DNA of 64,000 nt from Prochlorococcaceae cyanobacterium (GTDB lineage Bacteria > Cyanobacteriota > Cyanobacteriia > PCC-6307 > Cyanobiaceae): contig JBBASJ010000003.1 of NCBI GenBank assembly GCA_040399325.1, positions 441-64,440 of the forward strand, read 5' to 3'. A program made the position numbers and the translations under genes. The notes below the pieces were generated by a model. It was not told where the DNA came from. It saw only the letters and a program-made list of their open reading frames with translations, and did no database searches. Below, in pieces: positions 22,019-31,894 of the stretch; position 1 is the stretch's first letter, and the number at the start of each line of letters is the position of its first letter.

Positions 22019-22068
22019 CGGGCCATCCTCTCAGCGGACTCGCTCAGCAGACAGTTGAACATGCGTGT

Positions 22069-22116
22069 CACTGGCAGGCCGTGGTTCGACGCCGCTGGCT
22101 TGAATGCCTGCCAGTG
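22069..22116. promoter_or_regulatory. perfect 10-bp inverted repeat in the divergent HAD/acs control region
   Basis: CACTGGCAGG (22069..22078) and CCTGCCAGTG (22107..22116) are separated by 28 nt, ending 15 nt before the acs GTG. Confidence 0.35.
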
Positions 22117-22131
22117 CCAGCGGTGGGCTCC

Positions 22132-24102
<1,971 letters not shown>

Positions 24103-24112
24103 GCCGGAGCTG

Positions 24113-25669
24113 ATGCACTGGAGCTACCGCAGAATCCTGCTGACCATCGTGGGCCTGGGCCTGGCACTGCGCCTGGCCATCGCCGTGATCCTGCCCCCCG
24201 GTTACGACGAGAGCTACTACCTCTTCTATGGCCAGAACCTGGCCCTGAGCTACTTCGACCATCCGCTGGCGGTGGGGCTGTGGGCGGCAGCCGGTGGGGC
24301 CATCGGGCGGCTCATGCCCGCGCACCCCGCGCTGGCCCTGCGGCTGCCGGGGCTGCTGAGCTACTGCCTGGCCCAGGTGCTGCTGGCCGAGGCCACACGC
24401 GAGTGGTTCGGCCGTCGCGCCGCCCTGCTGAGCGCCGCGCTGGCCAGCCTTGCACCACTGTTGTTTGCCTGCGGCGGCCTGCTGCTGCTGCCCGACAGCC
24501 CCCTGGTGCTGCTGCTCAGCCTGCTGTTGTGGTGGCTGTCGCGCCATTCGCTCAATGCTGCACGCAGCCCCAGCGAATCGCTGCAGTTCGGCCTGATCCT
24601 GGGGTTGCTGAGCCTCTGCAAATACCACGCGCTGCTTCTGATTCTGACCCTGGTGGCAGCCCGCCTGGTCGACACGCTGCAGCGGCGGCGCCTGCGGATC
24701 GGCGACACGGCCCTGGTGCTGGCGGGTTGGTTGGCGACCAGCTGGCCGCTGTGGCTGTGGAACCTGCAGAACGGCTGGCTGTCGTTCGCCTTCCACAGCG
24801 GCCGCACCAGCGCCGCCGCCGGGTTCCGCTGGGAGGGGCCGCCGCTGTTTCTGCTGAGTCAGCTGGCCCTGCTGTTTCCCAGCATCGGCGTGCTGCTGCT
24901 GCTGGCCCTGCTGCGGCCGGCCCCGGCCAGCAGCGACCAGGCCCAGGAAGGCACCCGGCTGCTGCGGCTGCTGGCGATTCCGCAGCTGCTGCTGTTTCTG
25001 GTGCTCTCGGGCCGCATGCAGGTGCTCTCGAGCTGGTTGGTGCCCGCCTGGTGGCTGCTGCTGCCCCTGGCCGCAGCGGTGCTGGCCCGGCCCGGGGTGT
25101 GGCGACAGCTGTGGCTGCGGCTGCTCGCGCTGCTGAGCGCCGCCGCCGTGGTGCTGCTGAGCCTGGTTGCCGCCGCCCATGTGCGCTGGGGGATCGCCGC
25201 TGCCCTGGTGCCCCCCGACGTTGACACCTCGGGGCAGTTGCTCGATCCCGAGCAGCTGCGCCGCAGCCTCAGGCAGCATCCGGCGATCTGGGAGGCCCTG
25301 AACACGGCTCAGGTGATCGGCTCCAACCGCTATGAGCTGCCGGGCTTCCTGGCCCTGGCCCTGCAGGGCTACAGCCAGGCCCGCTTCAGCTGCTTCGCCG
25401 CCGACTGCCGCGGCTTCGAACAATGGCGCAGCCGCCTGGATCCGGCGGCGCGCCGGGGCGTGCTGTTTGCGGTGGTGGGCGACTACACACCGATTGCCGC
25501 CCTGGCCCAGGGGCGAGACCAGCCCTGGCGCTTCGGCCCGCTCACGCCCCTGGGCCAGGTGCAGGTGAAGCGCAGCGGCATCACGACCACCACGCTCGAG
25601 TTCTACAGCTTTGATCCCTCACTGGTCAGACGGGCCGAGCCCATCAATCGCGCCCAGCCCAGCGGTTGA
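24113..25669 (+). CDS. ArnT/PMT-like family-39 glycosyltransferase (polytopic membrane protein)
   Basis: Many TM helices, and an N-terminus PPGYDESYYLFYGQNLALSYFDHPL typical of dolichyl-phosphate-mannose/ArnT-type transferases. Confidence 0.7.
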   Translation: MHWSYRRILLTIVGLGLALRLAIAVILPPGYDESYYLFYGQNLALSYFDHPLAVGLWAAAGGAIGRLMPAHPALALRLPGLLSYCLAQVLLAEATREWFGRRAALLSAALASLAPLLFACGGLLLLPDSPLVLLLSLLLWWLSRHSLNAARSPSESLQFGLILGLLSLCKYHALLLILTLVAARLVDTLQRRRLRIGDTALVLAGWLATSWPLWLWNLQNGWLSFAFHSGRTSAAAGFRWEGPPLFLLSQLALLFPSIGVLLLLALLRPAPASSDQAQEGTRLLRLLAIPQLLLFLVLSGRMQVLSSWLVPAWWLLLPLAAAVLARPGVWRQLWLRLLALLSAAAVVLLSLVAAAHVRWGIAAALVPPDVDTSGQLLDPEQLRRSLRQHPAIWEALNTAQVIGSNRYELPGFLALALQGYSQARFSCFAADCRGFEQWRSRLDPAARRGVLFAVVGDYTPIAALAQGRDQPWRFGPLTPLGQVQVKRSGITTTTLEFYSFDPSLVRRAEPINRAQPSG

Positions 25670-26408
25670 TCAGGCCGGCGAGGTGGGTGATCCGCCTGCC
25701 GCGCGCCGGATCATCGGCCCAGCTGCCGAGCAGCTGGCGCCGCAGGCCGCCACTGGCCGGGCTCAGGTGATCGCCGGGCAGCTCCACCAGCTCCGAGCGG
25801 TCGTCGGTCCTGCTGCGCAGGCTGTCGAGCAGGCGGGCGCTCTGGTCGATGCGATCGGCGGCAAAGCGCACCAGCAGGTTGCGGGGCTGGACATACGCCT
25901 GCTGCACCTGAATCAGGGTGGCCGCCGGCGAGGGGCTGAATTCACTGCGAAACCCGAATTGCTGCCCCATTTCGGCCAATAGCGGCACCGAGCGCTCGGC
26001 CGAAAAGTTGTTGAAACTCAGGGCCACCAGGGCGCTGGCCCGGCCACCATCCGGGGCCAGCAGATGCAGCTTGCAGCCAAGGCTGTGGCCCAGCCGCAGC
26101 ACCAGCCCAGGCTGACCGAGCTGCTGATCCTGCTGCTGGCGCAGGGTTCGGAAACAGCGCCAGGCCTGGTTGGCCTGCTGTTGATGGTCAAAGCCGGGCA
26201 CGTAACTCCAGGCGTGGATCCACCAGCCCAGGCCGGCCAGGGCCTCGAGCAGGCGTCTGTAACTGAGCTGGGGACTGGCCGCCAGATAGCTGCCGCCGAT
26301 GAACTCGAGCACGGCGCGGCGGTGCTCCGGCGGCTGCCCGCTCGCCAGGGGCAACCGGGTTGGCGGAGCCAGCTGCCACAGCTCTCCGCTGCGGATCCAG
26401 CGCGGCAT
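25644..26408 (-). CDS. DUF1350 family (alpha/beta-hydrolase-like) protein
   Basis: 254-aa ORF with VLEFIGGSYLAASPQLSYRRLLEAL..GWWIHAWSY and LGHSLGCKLHLL, as in cyanobacterial DUF1350. Confidence 0.65.
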   Translation of the reverse strand: MPRWIRSGELWQLAPPTRLPLASGQPPEHRRAVLEFIGGSYLAASPQLSYRRLLEALAGLGWWIHAWSYVPGFDHQQQANQAWRCFRTLRQQQDQQLGQPGLVLRLGHSLGCKLHLLAPDGGRASALVALSFNNFSAERSVPLLAEMGQQFGFRSEFSPSPAATLIQVQQAYVQPRNLLVRFAADRIDQSARLLDSLRSRTDDRSELVELPGDHLSPASGGLRRQLLGSWADDPARGRRITHLAGLINRWAGRD

Positions 26409-26411
26409 GGC

Positions 26412-26888
26412 TCAGCTGCCGCCGACTGCGGCCTGCAGACGCTGGAGCGCCGCCAGAGCCTCGCGGCGATGCAGGGCACCATCGAGCAGGTTGTTGGTGA
26501 TGTGGCGCACCACGCCCGCCGGATCGATCACATAGGTGACCCTTCCGGGCAGCAGCCCCAGCACCGGGGGCACGCCGAAGGCTTTGCGCAGGGCATTGCC
26601 CCGGTCCACCAGCAGTGGAAAGGGCAGGTCATGGCGCGCCACAAAGCGCTGATGGCTGGCGGCATCGTCGCCGCTCACCCCCCACACCTGCGCGCCAAGG
26701 GCCTGAAACGCGCTCCAGCCATCGCGAAAGGCACAGACTTCGGCGGTGCAGCCCGGGGTGTCGTCCTTGGGATAGAAAAACAGGACCAACCACTGGCCGG
26801 TGAGCTGGTCGCTGCGACGTTCGATGCCCTCCTGGTCCTGGCAGACCACCGCAGGGGCCCGATCTCCGACAGCCAGGGCCATGGTCAA
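26412..26888 (-). CDS. bcp: peroxiredoxin Bcp/PrxQ
   Basis: VLFFYPKDDTPGCTAE active-site motif. Confidence 0.85.
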   Translation of the reverse strand: MTMALAVGDRAPAVVCQDQEGIERRSDQLTGQWLVLFFYPKDDTPGCTAEVCAFRDGWSAFQALGAQVWGVSGDDAASHQRFVARHDLPFPLLVDRGNALRKAFGVPPVLGLLPGRVTYVIDPAGVVRHITNNLLDGALHRREALAALQRLQAAVGGS

Positions 26889-26924
26889 TCCATCAGGGCC
26901 GCCACCCTAGACAGAGCTGAGACG

Positions 26925-27812
26925 ATGGGGCGAGCCCGGCGGCGGTGCGGCATGAGCGATCCAACCAACACGTGGCAGCAGAGCGATCTGCTCGGATTGC
27001 TGGGCGCACAAGGGAGCCAGACTGAGCCACAACACCGCGCTTCCCACCAGGTCGGGCAGAGCGAGTGCCCTGAAGCCGACGTGGCAGCGCCAGAACCAGC
27101 GGGATCGGTCCCGCGCACGCTGCTGATCCTCGATACCGAGACCACGGCACTCTCACCCTCCGACGGGGCCTGCATCGAGGTGGGGGCGATCCTGTTTGCG
27201 GTGCCTGAGCGGGCTGTGCTCTGCCAGCTGTCGTTTCTGTTGCCCTGCCGGGAGAATCCCGCCGAGGCGATCAACCGGATCCCGGCTGCGGTGACCCGAC
27301 TGGAGCAACCCCGGGATGCGGCCCTGAGCTGCTTTGCCGCCATGGTGAACCAGTGCGATGCACTGCTGGCCCACAACGCCGCCTTTGACCGCCAGTGGTT
27401 TGCTGCGGGGGCTGGCGAGCTGCCGCCGATCGACAAACCCTGGATCTGCTCGATGAGCGAGATGCGCTGGCCGGCCGATCGTCAGCTCAAGGCCAACCCC
27501 TCGGTGCGGGATCTGGCTCTGGCCTATGGCATTCCGGTCTGGGCCGCGCACCGGGCCCTGACCGACTGCACCTATCTGGCCCAGGTGCTGGAGCGCTGCG
27601 ACGCTCTCGAAACCCTGCTGCTGCAGGCCCTGGAACCGCGCAGCCTGTTTCGCGCCCAGCTCAGCTACGCCGAGCGGCACCGCGCCAAGGATGCGGGCTT
27701 CCGCTGGAACGATCCGGTACAGGGAGCCTGGAGCAAACGCCTGAGCCAGCGTGAAGCCAGGGCATTGCCCTTTCCGGTGCTGGCCGTGGAAGACCTGCCG
27801 GCCAGCGCCTGA
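26925..27812 (+). CDS. DEDD-type 3'-5' exonuclease (DnaQ-like)
   Basis: LILDTETTAL (Exo I), LLAHNAAFDRQWF (Exo II) and AHRALTDC (Exo III). The ATG is at 26925 or 26952; upstream track-ORF residues are antisense to bcp/DUF1350. Confidence 0.7.
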   Translation: MGRARRRCGMSDPTNTWQQSDLLGLLGAQGSQTEPQHRASHQVGQSECPEADVAAPEPAGSVPRTLLILDTETTALSPSDGACIEVGAILFAVPERAVLCQLSFLLPCRENPAEAINRIPAAVTRLEQPRDAALSCFAAMVNQCDALLAHNAAFDRQWFAAGAGELPPIDKPWICSMSEMRWPADRQLKANPSVRDLALAYGIPVWAAHRALTDCTYLAQVLERCDALETLLLQALEPRSLFRAQLSYAERHRAKDAGFRWNDPVQGAWSKRLSQREARALPFPVLAVEDLPASA

Positions 27813-27878
27813 TCGGCCCGGCGGTGCTCCCAATTCGGCGATCCGTGGCCAAGGTAAAGGGTGGAGACGGGGGTAACG

Positions 27879-28124
27879 ATGGCCAGACGAGCGCTCCACC
27901 GGCAGCCGGTGGAGCCGCGGCAGCGACTTCGGCGTTGGCAGGCCGCCCGCACCTGGGCACGGCTGATCCGTGAAGCGGAGTGCCTCTGGCACGTCGATGT
28001 GCGCACCCTCCACCGTCTGGCTGCCGAAGAGCTCGGTCTGCTGCTGCACGAAGTGCCCGAACCCCTGCGCCCGCGGGTGAACCGCTGGTTGCGGCGGTAC
28101 GGGGTGGTCACGCGGCTGGGATAG
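27879..28124 (+). CDS. small Arg-rich hypothetical protein
   Basis: 81-aa ORF from an ATG with moderately GC3-rich codons and no recognisable motif. It ends at the GC/AT transition. Confidence 0.35.
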   Translation: MARRALHRQPVEPRQRLRRWQAARTWARLIREAECLWHVDVRTLHRLAAEELGLLLHEVPEPLRPRVNRWLRRYGVVTRLG

Positions 28125-28177
28125 CAAGGACCGCGGTTGAACACTGAAATCGAACACCCATGAGACCCACGCAAACC

Positions 28178-28202
28178 GTTCAAATTTTTATCAAATTTGA
28201 AC
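28178..28202. repeat. perfect AT-rich palindrome GTTCAAATTT-TTATC-AAATTTGAAC upstream of the cyclase gene
   Basis: 10-bp arms are exact reverse complements with a 5-nt spacer. It lies 87 nt upstream of the cyclase ATG and 54 nt downstream of the preceding ORF. Confidence 0.9.
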
Positions 28203-28288
28203 AATGAAAAACCCACGCCAGGCCATCACAACAGAGACTTGGTTGGGCTCTTCATGCGATCAGAAAGCATGAACCTGATCCGGCTGCA

Positions 28289-29764
28289 ATGATCACCACA
28301 AAAATCAAAAAACTTGGCAGCCGGTCGTTCACAAAGGCAGTGGATTTCTTCAAAAGGCGAACCATTGCATCCCTGTTTCTACTGTTTTTCACAGGGATCA
28401 GCATTGCCACGGTCAACATGATTCACCTCTCGTCCGAACTCATCAATACACAGGCCCTGCAAAGCTCATTTTTATATGCAGATGCCCTACAACAGGCACG
28501 CACGCTTTACAATGAAGCCGTCGTTGACAAACTGAAAACCGAAGAGTCGATCAATATCAACTACAATCATTTTGATCAAGCCAAGACAATTCCGTTTCCA
28601 GCAACGTTCCTGATCGAATTATCGGAGCGCATCAGCAAAGAGAATCTCGGCGTCTCCGTCAAACTCTTCAGCAACTATCCCTTTGCTTTTAGAAAAGCCC
28701 CCAATCCTCGGGATCCATTTGAACGCGAAGCGTTGGCATTTTTAGCCAAAAATCCTGATCAGCCATACACCAAGATCATGACAGTGAATGGCCAAAAAGT
28801 CTTTCGGTATGCACAAGCCGAAATCATGAAGTCCAGTTGCATTGCCTGCCACAATTCACATCCCCAAAGCACGAAACGAGACTGGAAAGTTGGGGACGTT
28901 CGAGGCGGCCTGGAAATCTCATCATCCATTGACTTTTTGGTCCAACAAAACAGAAAAGGCATCCTTTCGGGGGTAGCCATGATTTCAGGCCTGTTTGGGC
29001 TTGCGGGGATCGGAGTTTGGATTGTCTTCAACAGACTCAAGAAAGTCTCCATCGAGCTGGAACAGAAGGTCAAGATTCGAACGAAAGAGCTTTCACTTGC
29101 AAACGAATCGCTGAGCATAGAACAAGAGAAATCGAACAATCTGCTTTTAAATATTTTACCCAAACCTATTGTTGAGCGGCTTGAAGGGGGCGAGAAAAAT
29201 ATTTCAGACGCCTTTGCAGAAGTCAGCATATTGTTTGCTGATATCGTGAACTTTACGCCCCTATCGCAGCGCGTGCAGCCCGCAGAACTGGTTGAAATAC
29301 TAAATCAAATTTTTTGCATGTTCGATGATCTAAGCGCAAAACATGGCCTCGAAAAAATCAAAACCATTGGCGATTGCTACATGGTTGCCAGCGGCCTGCC
29401 GGAAGCATGCCCAGACCACGCCGCGCGCATTGCTGACATGGCTCTCGGCATGCAGGATGTGATCCGAACCATTGGAGCTGATCTCAAGATTGATTTGGAC
29501 ATCCGGATCGGCATCAACTCAGGACCGGTCGTTGCCGGTGTGATCGGCAAGAAAAAGTTTGTCTATGACCTTTGGGGCGATACCGTCAACGTGGCATCGC
29601 GCATGGAGTCCCATGCCGTCAACGGATCAATTCAAGTCTCTGAGTCAAGCTATCAGCTGCTCAAGCACGATTATCTGTTCGAAGAACGAGGCATGATTGC
29701 CATCAAGGGGAAAGGTGAAATGAAAGCCTACTTTCTCAAGTCAAAAATCAACGCCATGAACTAG
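28289..29764 (+). CDS. membrane adenylate cyclase with periplasmic DUF3365/Tll0287-like heme-c sensor domain
   Basis: 491 aa. Domain order is TM1 (IASLFLLFFTGISIATV), a periplasmic domain with FRYAQAEIMKSSCIACHNSHP, TM2, a coiled coil, then a class III cyclase domain (FADIVNFT.., EKIKTIGDCYMVASGLP, YDLWGDTVNVASRMES). The CxxCH motif is at 28838..28852. The Lys and Asp substrate-specifying positions indicate ATP. Confidence 0.85.
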   Translation: MITTKIKKLGSRSFTKAVDFFKRRTIASLFLLFFTGISIATVNMIHLSSELINTQALQSSFLYADALQQARTLYNEAVVDKLKTEESININYNHFDQAKTIPFPATFLIELSERISKENLGVSVKLFSNYPFAFRKAPNPRDPFEREALAFLAKNPDQPYTKIMTVNGQKVFRYAQAEIMKSSCIACHNSHPQSTKRDWKVGDVRGGLEISSSIDFLVQQNRKGILSGVAMISGLFGLAGIGVWIVFNRLKKVSIELEQKVKIRTKELSLANESLSIEQEKSNNLLLNILPKPIVERLEGGEKNISDAFAEVSILFADIVNFTPLSQRVQPAELVEILNQIFCMFDDLSAKHGLEKIKTIGDCYMVASGLPEACPDHAARIADMALGMQDVIRTIGADLKIDLDIRIGINSGPVVAGVIGKKKFVYDLWGDTVNVASRMESHAVNGSIQVSESSYQLLKHDYLFEERGMIAIKGKGEMKAYFLKSKINAMN

Positions 29765-29972
29765 TTCGCGGCAATTCAACTGTGGGTCGCCACGAAGACC
29801 TGGGTGCGGTCATCGTGGCGGCCTGCAACAGAGCAGGAGGCGGTCCTACGGATCACCGGCTGACCCCAGGGAGTCACCCGAAACCCTGGGGTCCCTGGAT
29901 GGGCGCGCAACCATGGCCAGACTGCGCTGGAGCAAGTCCAAACACATTGGACAACTCCCGGTGCGGGGCCAA

Positions 29973-30002
29973 CAAAAAAGCCGCCTCCCGTGGGAAGCGG
30001 CT
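29973..30002 (-). terminator. intrinsic terminator downstream of tRNA-Pro
   Basis: The minus strand reads AGCCGCTTCCCACGGGAGGCGGCT (a stem of about 9-11 bp) followed by TTTTTT. Confidence 0.7.
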
Positions 30003-30033
30003 CGAGAGCTGGAGTTTCAGGCCCTGATTGAAA

Positions 30034-30107
30034 TCGGAGCGGCGGGATTTGAACCCACGACCCCCACTACCCCAAAGTGGTGCGCTACCAAGCTGCGCTA
30101 CGCCCCG
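30034..30107 (-). tRNA. tRNA-Pro (anticodon GGG)
   Basis: Manually folded from the minus strand CGGGGCGTAGCGCAGCTTGGTAGCGCACCACTTTGGGGTAGTGGGGGTCGTGGGTTCAAATCCCGCCGCTCCGA. It has a 7-bp acceptor stem, a D arm GCGC/GCGC, an anticodon loop TTGGGGT, a T arm GTGGG/CCCGC with a TTCAAAT loop, and discriminator A. No CCA is encoded. Confidence 0.9.
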
Positions 30108-30121
30108 GCAAACTGAAACTA

Positions 30122-30625
30122 TCACAACAGGGCCAGCACACCGGCCAGGGCCAGCACCAGGCTGAACACCAACAGCACCAGGGCACCGGCGACCGTCAGA
30201 CGCCGTGCGGTGGAGCGGCGGCGCAGGCGGGGCTCGGGCTCGTTCCCGGCCTCACGACGCCGCCGGATCGCCTTGAGCAGCCGGGCCGAGAGGCGATCCC
30301 GCGACAGGGCGGCATAGCCCGGCACGTGCAGCTGCCGGGCCAGCAGCCGCAGCTCGGCCAGGCTCATCGCCGCCAGCTTGAGTTCGGGCAGGCGACGCCA
30401 GGCTCCGCTGGGGCCCGGCAGGGGGGCGGCCGTGGTGCCCTTGATCAAGCCCTGCATGGCCCCGCTGGCCATCCATTCAGGAATGAGCACCACCAGCACC
30501 GCCAGCAGCCCATAGAGCTCCACCAACCCCCGGGGCAGCGGGTGCAGGGGTCTGTTCGGCTCGCGACCGCTCGGTCGATCCTCCGGCGGGGGCGGCGACA
30601 GTGTCGGCATCCGGGTCGGGCTCAC
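30122..30625 (-). CDS. hypothetical membrane protein with Rho_N/SAP-like helix motif
   Basis: 167 aa with two hydrophobic helices and MSLAELRLLARQLHVPGYAALSRDRLSARLLKAI. It ends 15 nt upstream of tRNA-Pro on the same strand. Confidence 0.55.
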   Translation of the reverse strand: MSPTRMPTLSPPPPEDRPSGREPNRPLHPLPRGLVELYGLLAVLVVLIPEWMASGAMQGLIKGTTAAPLPGPSGAWRRLPELKLAAMSLAELRLLARQLHVPGYAALSRDRLSARLLKAIRRRREAGNEPEPRLRRRSTARRLTVAGALVLLVFSLVLALAGVLALL

Positions 30626-30825
30626 TAACTGCGCTCAGGGGAGTCTGATCCGGCCGGCAAGGCAGCAGGCACGGTCGCAACAGGCTGTCGCTGGATGGGG
30701 GTCTGGCGCCACTGCAGCGGGGGCTCCCCCGGGGCCAGCCGCACGCTCCAGAAGGCCAGCGCAAAGCAGATCCCGATGGTCACCAGGATCGCGGTCAAGA
30801 CGACGCGGTCGGGCAAGGGGGTCAT
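30625..30825 (-). CDS. small single-TM hypothetical protein
   Basis: MTPLPDRVVLTAILVTIGICFALAFWSV.. The ATG at 30823..30825 overlaps the stop of the upstream ORF (ATGA). Confidence 0.4.
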   Translation of the reverse strand: MTPLPDRVVLTAILVTIGICFALAFWSVRLAPGEPPLQWRQTPIQRQPVATVPAALPAGSDSPERS

Positions 30826-31157
30826 CAGACGCTCTCGGTGCGCATGCAACTGGTGCGGTTGGGCAGCTGCTCCAGGATGAGCTGGTCTCCCCTGAGGATC
30901 AAGGTCATCAGCTCATTGCGGTAGACGATGCCGGTAATCGGTTCCTGGCCGGGCGTGTTCTGCTGGGCACGGAACAGCGTGGTGCGGTACCGGCCGGCAA
31001 GCAGCGAAGCCTGGGCATCGTTGCGTTCGACAACCACCTGGGCCCGGTCTGAACAGAGGTAGGTCTCCTTGATGGCGTAGTCCTCCCACCAGGGAGACCC
31101 CATGGCCAGCGTCAAGCCAGCCCAGATGGCGAGAGCAGGCCCCATGGCCGCCGTCAC
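30825..31157 (-). CDS. periplasmic MliC-like (lipocalin-like) hypothetical protein
   Basis: Signal-like N-terminus and two Cys residues framing a pattern (YLCSDRAQVVVERNDAQASLLAGRYRTTL..LILRGDQLILEQ..SC) reminiscent of the MliC fold. GTGA overlap with the msrA stop. Confidence 0.4.
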   Translation of the reverse strand: MTAAMGPALAIWAGLTLAMGSPWWEDYAIKETYLCSDRAQVVVERNDAQASLLAGRYRTTLFRAQQNTPGQEPITGIVYRNELMTLILRGDQLILEQLPNRTSCMRTESV

Positions 31158-31882
31158 ATCACAGCGATGGGTGCATTGTCACCCCGCAGCACGCAATGGG
31201 GAATGCTCCAGTCGAAGGCCTGCCACACCGTGGGATCGAGGCGGAACACCGACCCTGCAAACGGCTCCAGTCGCACACCGCTGGGCTGGGCCGAGCAGTA
31301 GGGCCGGCTGCCGGGCTTGGCCAGGTACTGCTGGTGGTACGGCTCAGCCCAATGGAATTTCACCCCCTGGGCGATCTCGGTGGTAATCGGGCCAAACCCT
31401 GCCGCACTCAGCTGGCCTTGGTACTGCTCGCGGCTCGCCTCGGCCAGGGCCAGCAGGTCAGGATCCGCCACAAACACGCAGGAGCGGTACTGACTGCCCC
31501 GGTCGTTGCCCTGGCGATCGCCCTGGGTGGGGTCATGACACTCCCAGAACAGCTTCAGCAGGTCGCTGAAATGGATCCGGCTCCCATCCCAGACCACGCG
31601 CACCACCTCGGCATGGCCAGTGCGGCCACTGCAGACCTGCTCATAGGTGGGGTCGGCGGTCTGACCGCCGGCATAGCCGACCGCCGTGGAGACGACCCCC
31701 GGCAGGCGCCAGAAGCCTTTTTCGGCGCCCCAGAAGCAGCCGCAGCCGAACAGGGCTTCGCCCTGCCCGTCTGCCGGGGCCGCCGTGATCGAAGTGCCCA
31801 GCAACACATGACGCTGTTCGGCAGCCGGAGGGCCTGCGGGAGTGCGGTTGGAGCCGAAGCCGAACACAGCGTCGTCTATCAA
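31154..31882 (-). CDS. msrA: peptide-methionine (S)-S-oxide reductase
   Basis: FGCGCFWGAEKGFW active site, plus GHAEVV and GNDRGSQYRS. TTG start, so the 5' end is uncertain. Confidence 0.9.
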   Translation of the reverse strand: MIDDAVFGFGSNRTPAGPPAAEQRHVLLGTSITAAPADGQGEALFGCGCFWGAEKGFWRLPGVVSTAVGYAGGQTADPTYEQVCSGRTGHAEVVRVVWDGSRIHFSDLLKLFWECHDPTQGDRQGNDRGSQYRSCVFVADPDLLALAEASREQYQGQLSAAGFGPITTEIAQGVKFHWAEPYHQQYLAKPGSRPYCSAQPSGVRLEPFAGSVFRLDPTVWQAFDWSIPHCVLRGDNAPIAVM

Positions 31883-31894
31883 TGGAACAAGAAG

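Larger units (their letters stand above)
28152..30033. other. low-GC genomic islet adjacent to the tRNA-Pro 3' end
   Basis: Hand counts of sampled lines give about 33-48% G+C between 28.15 and 29.77 kb, against about 68% in flanking lines. The left edge GAACACCCATGAGACCCAC (28152..28170) resembles the tRNA-Pro T-arm/3' segment GAACCCACGACCCCCAC (14 matches, 2 gaps, 3 mismatches). Confidence 0.5.

Noticed and set aside
28254-28292. 12-codon (or 7-codon) uORF, MRSESMNLIRLQ, whose TGA overlaps the cyclase ATG (AATGA)
   Set aside because: Short ORFs are expected by chance in AT-rich leaders. There is no SD or conservation evidence, so I do not claim a leader peptide.
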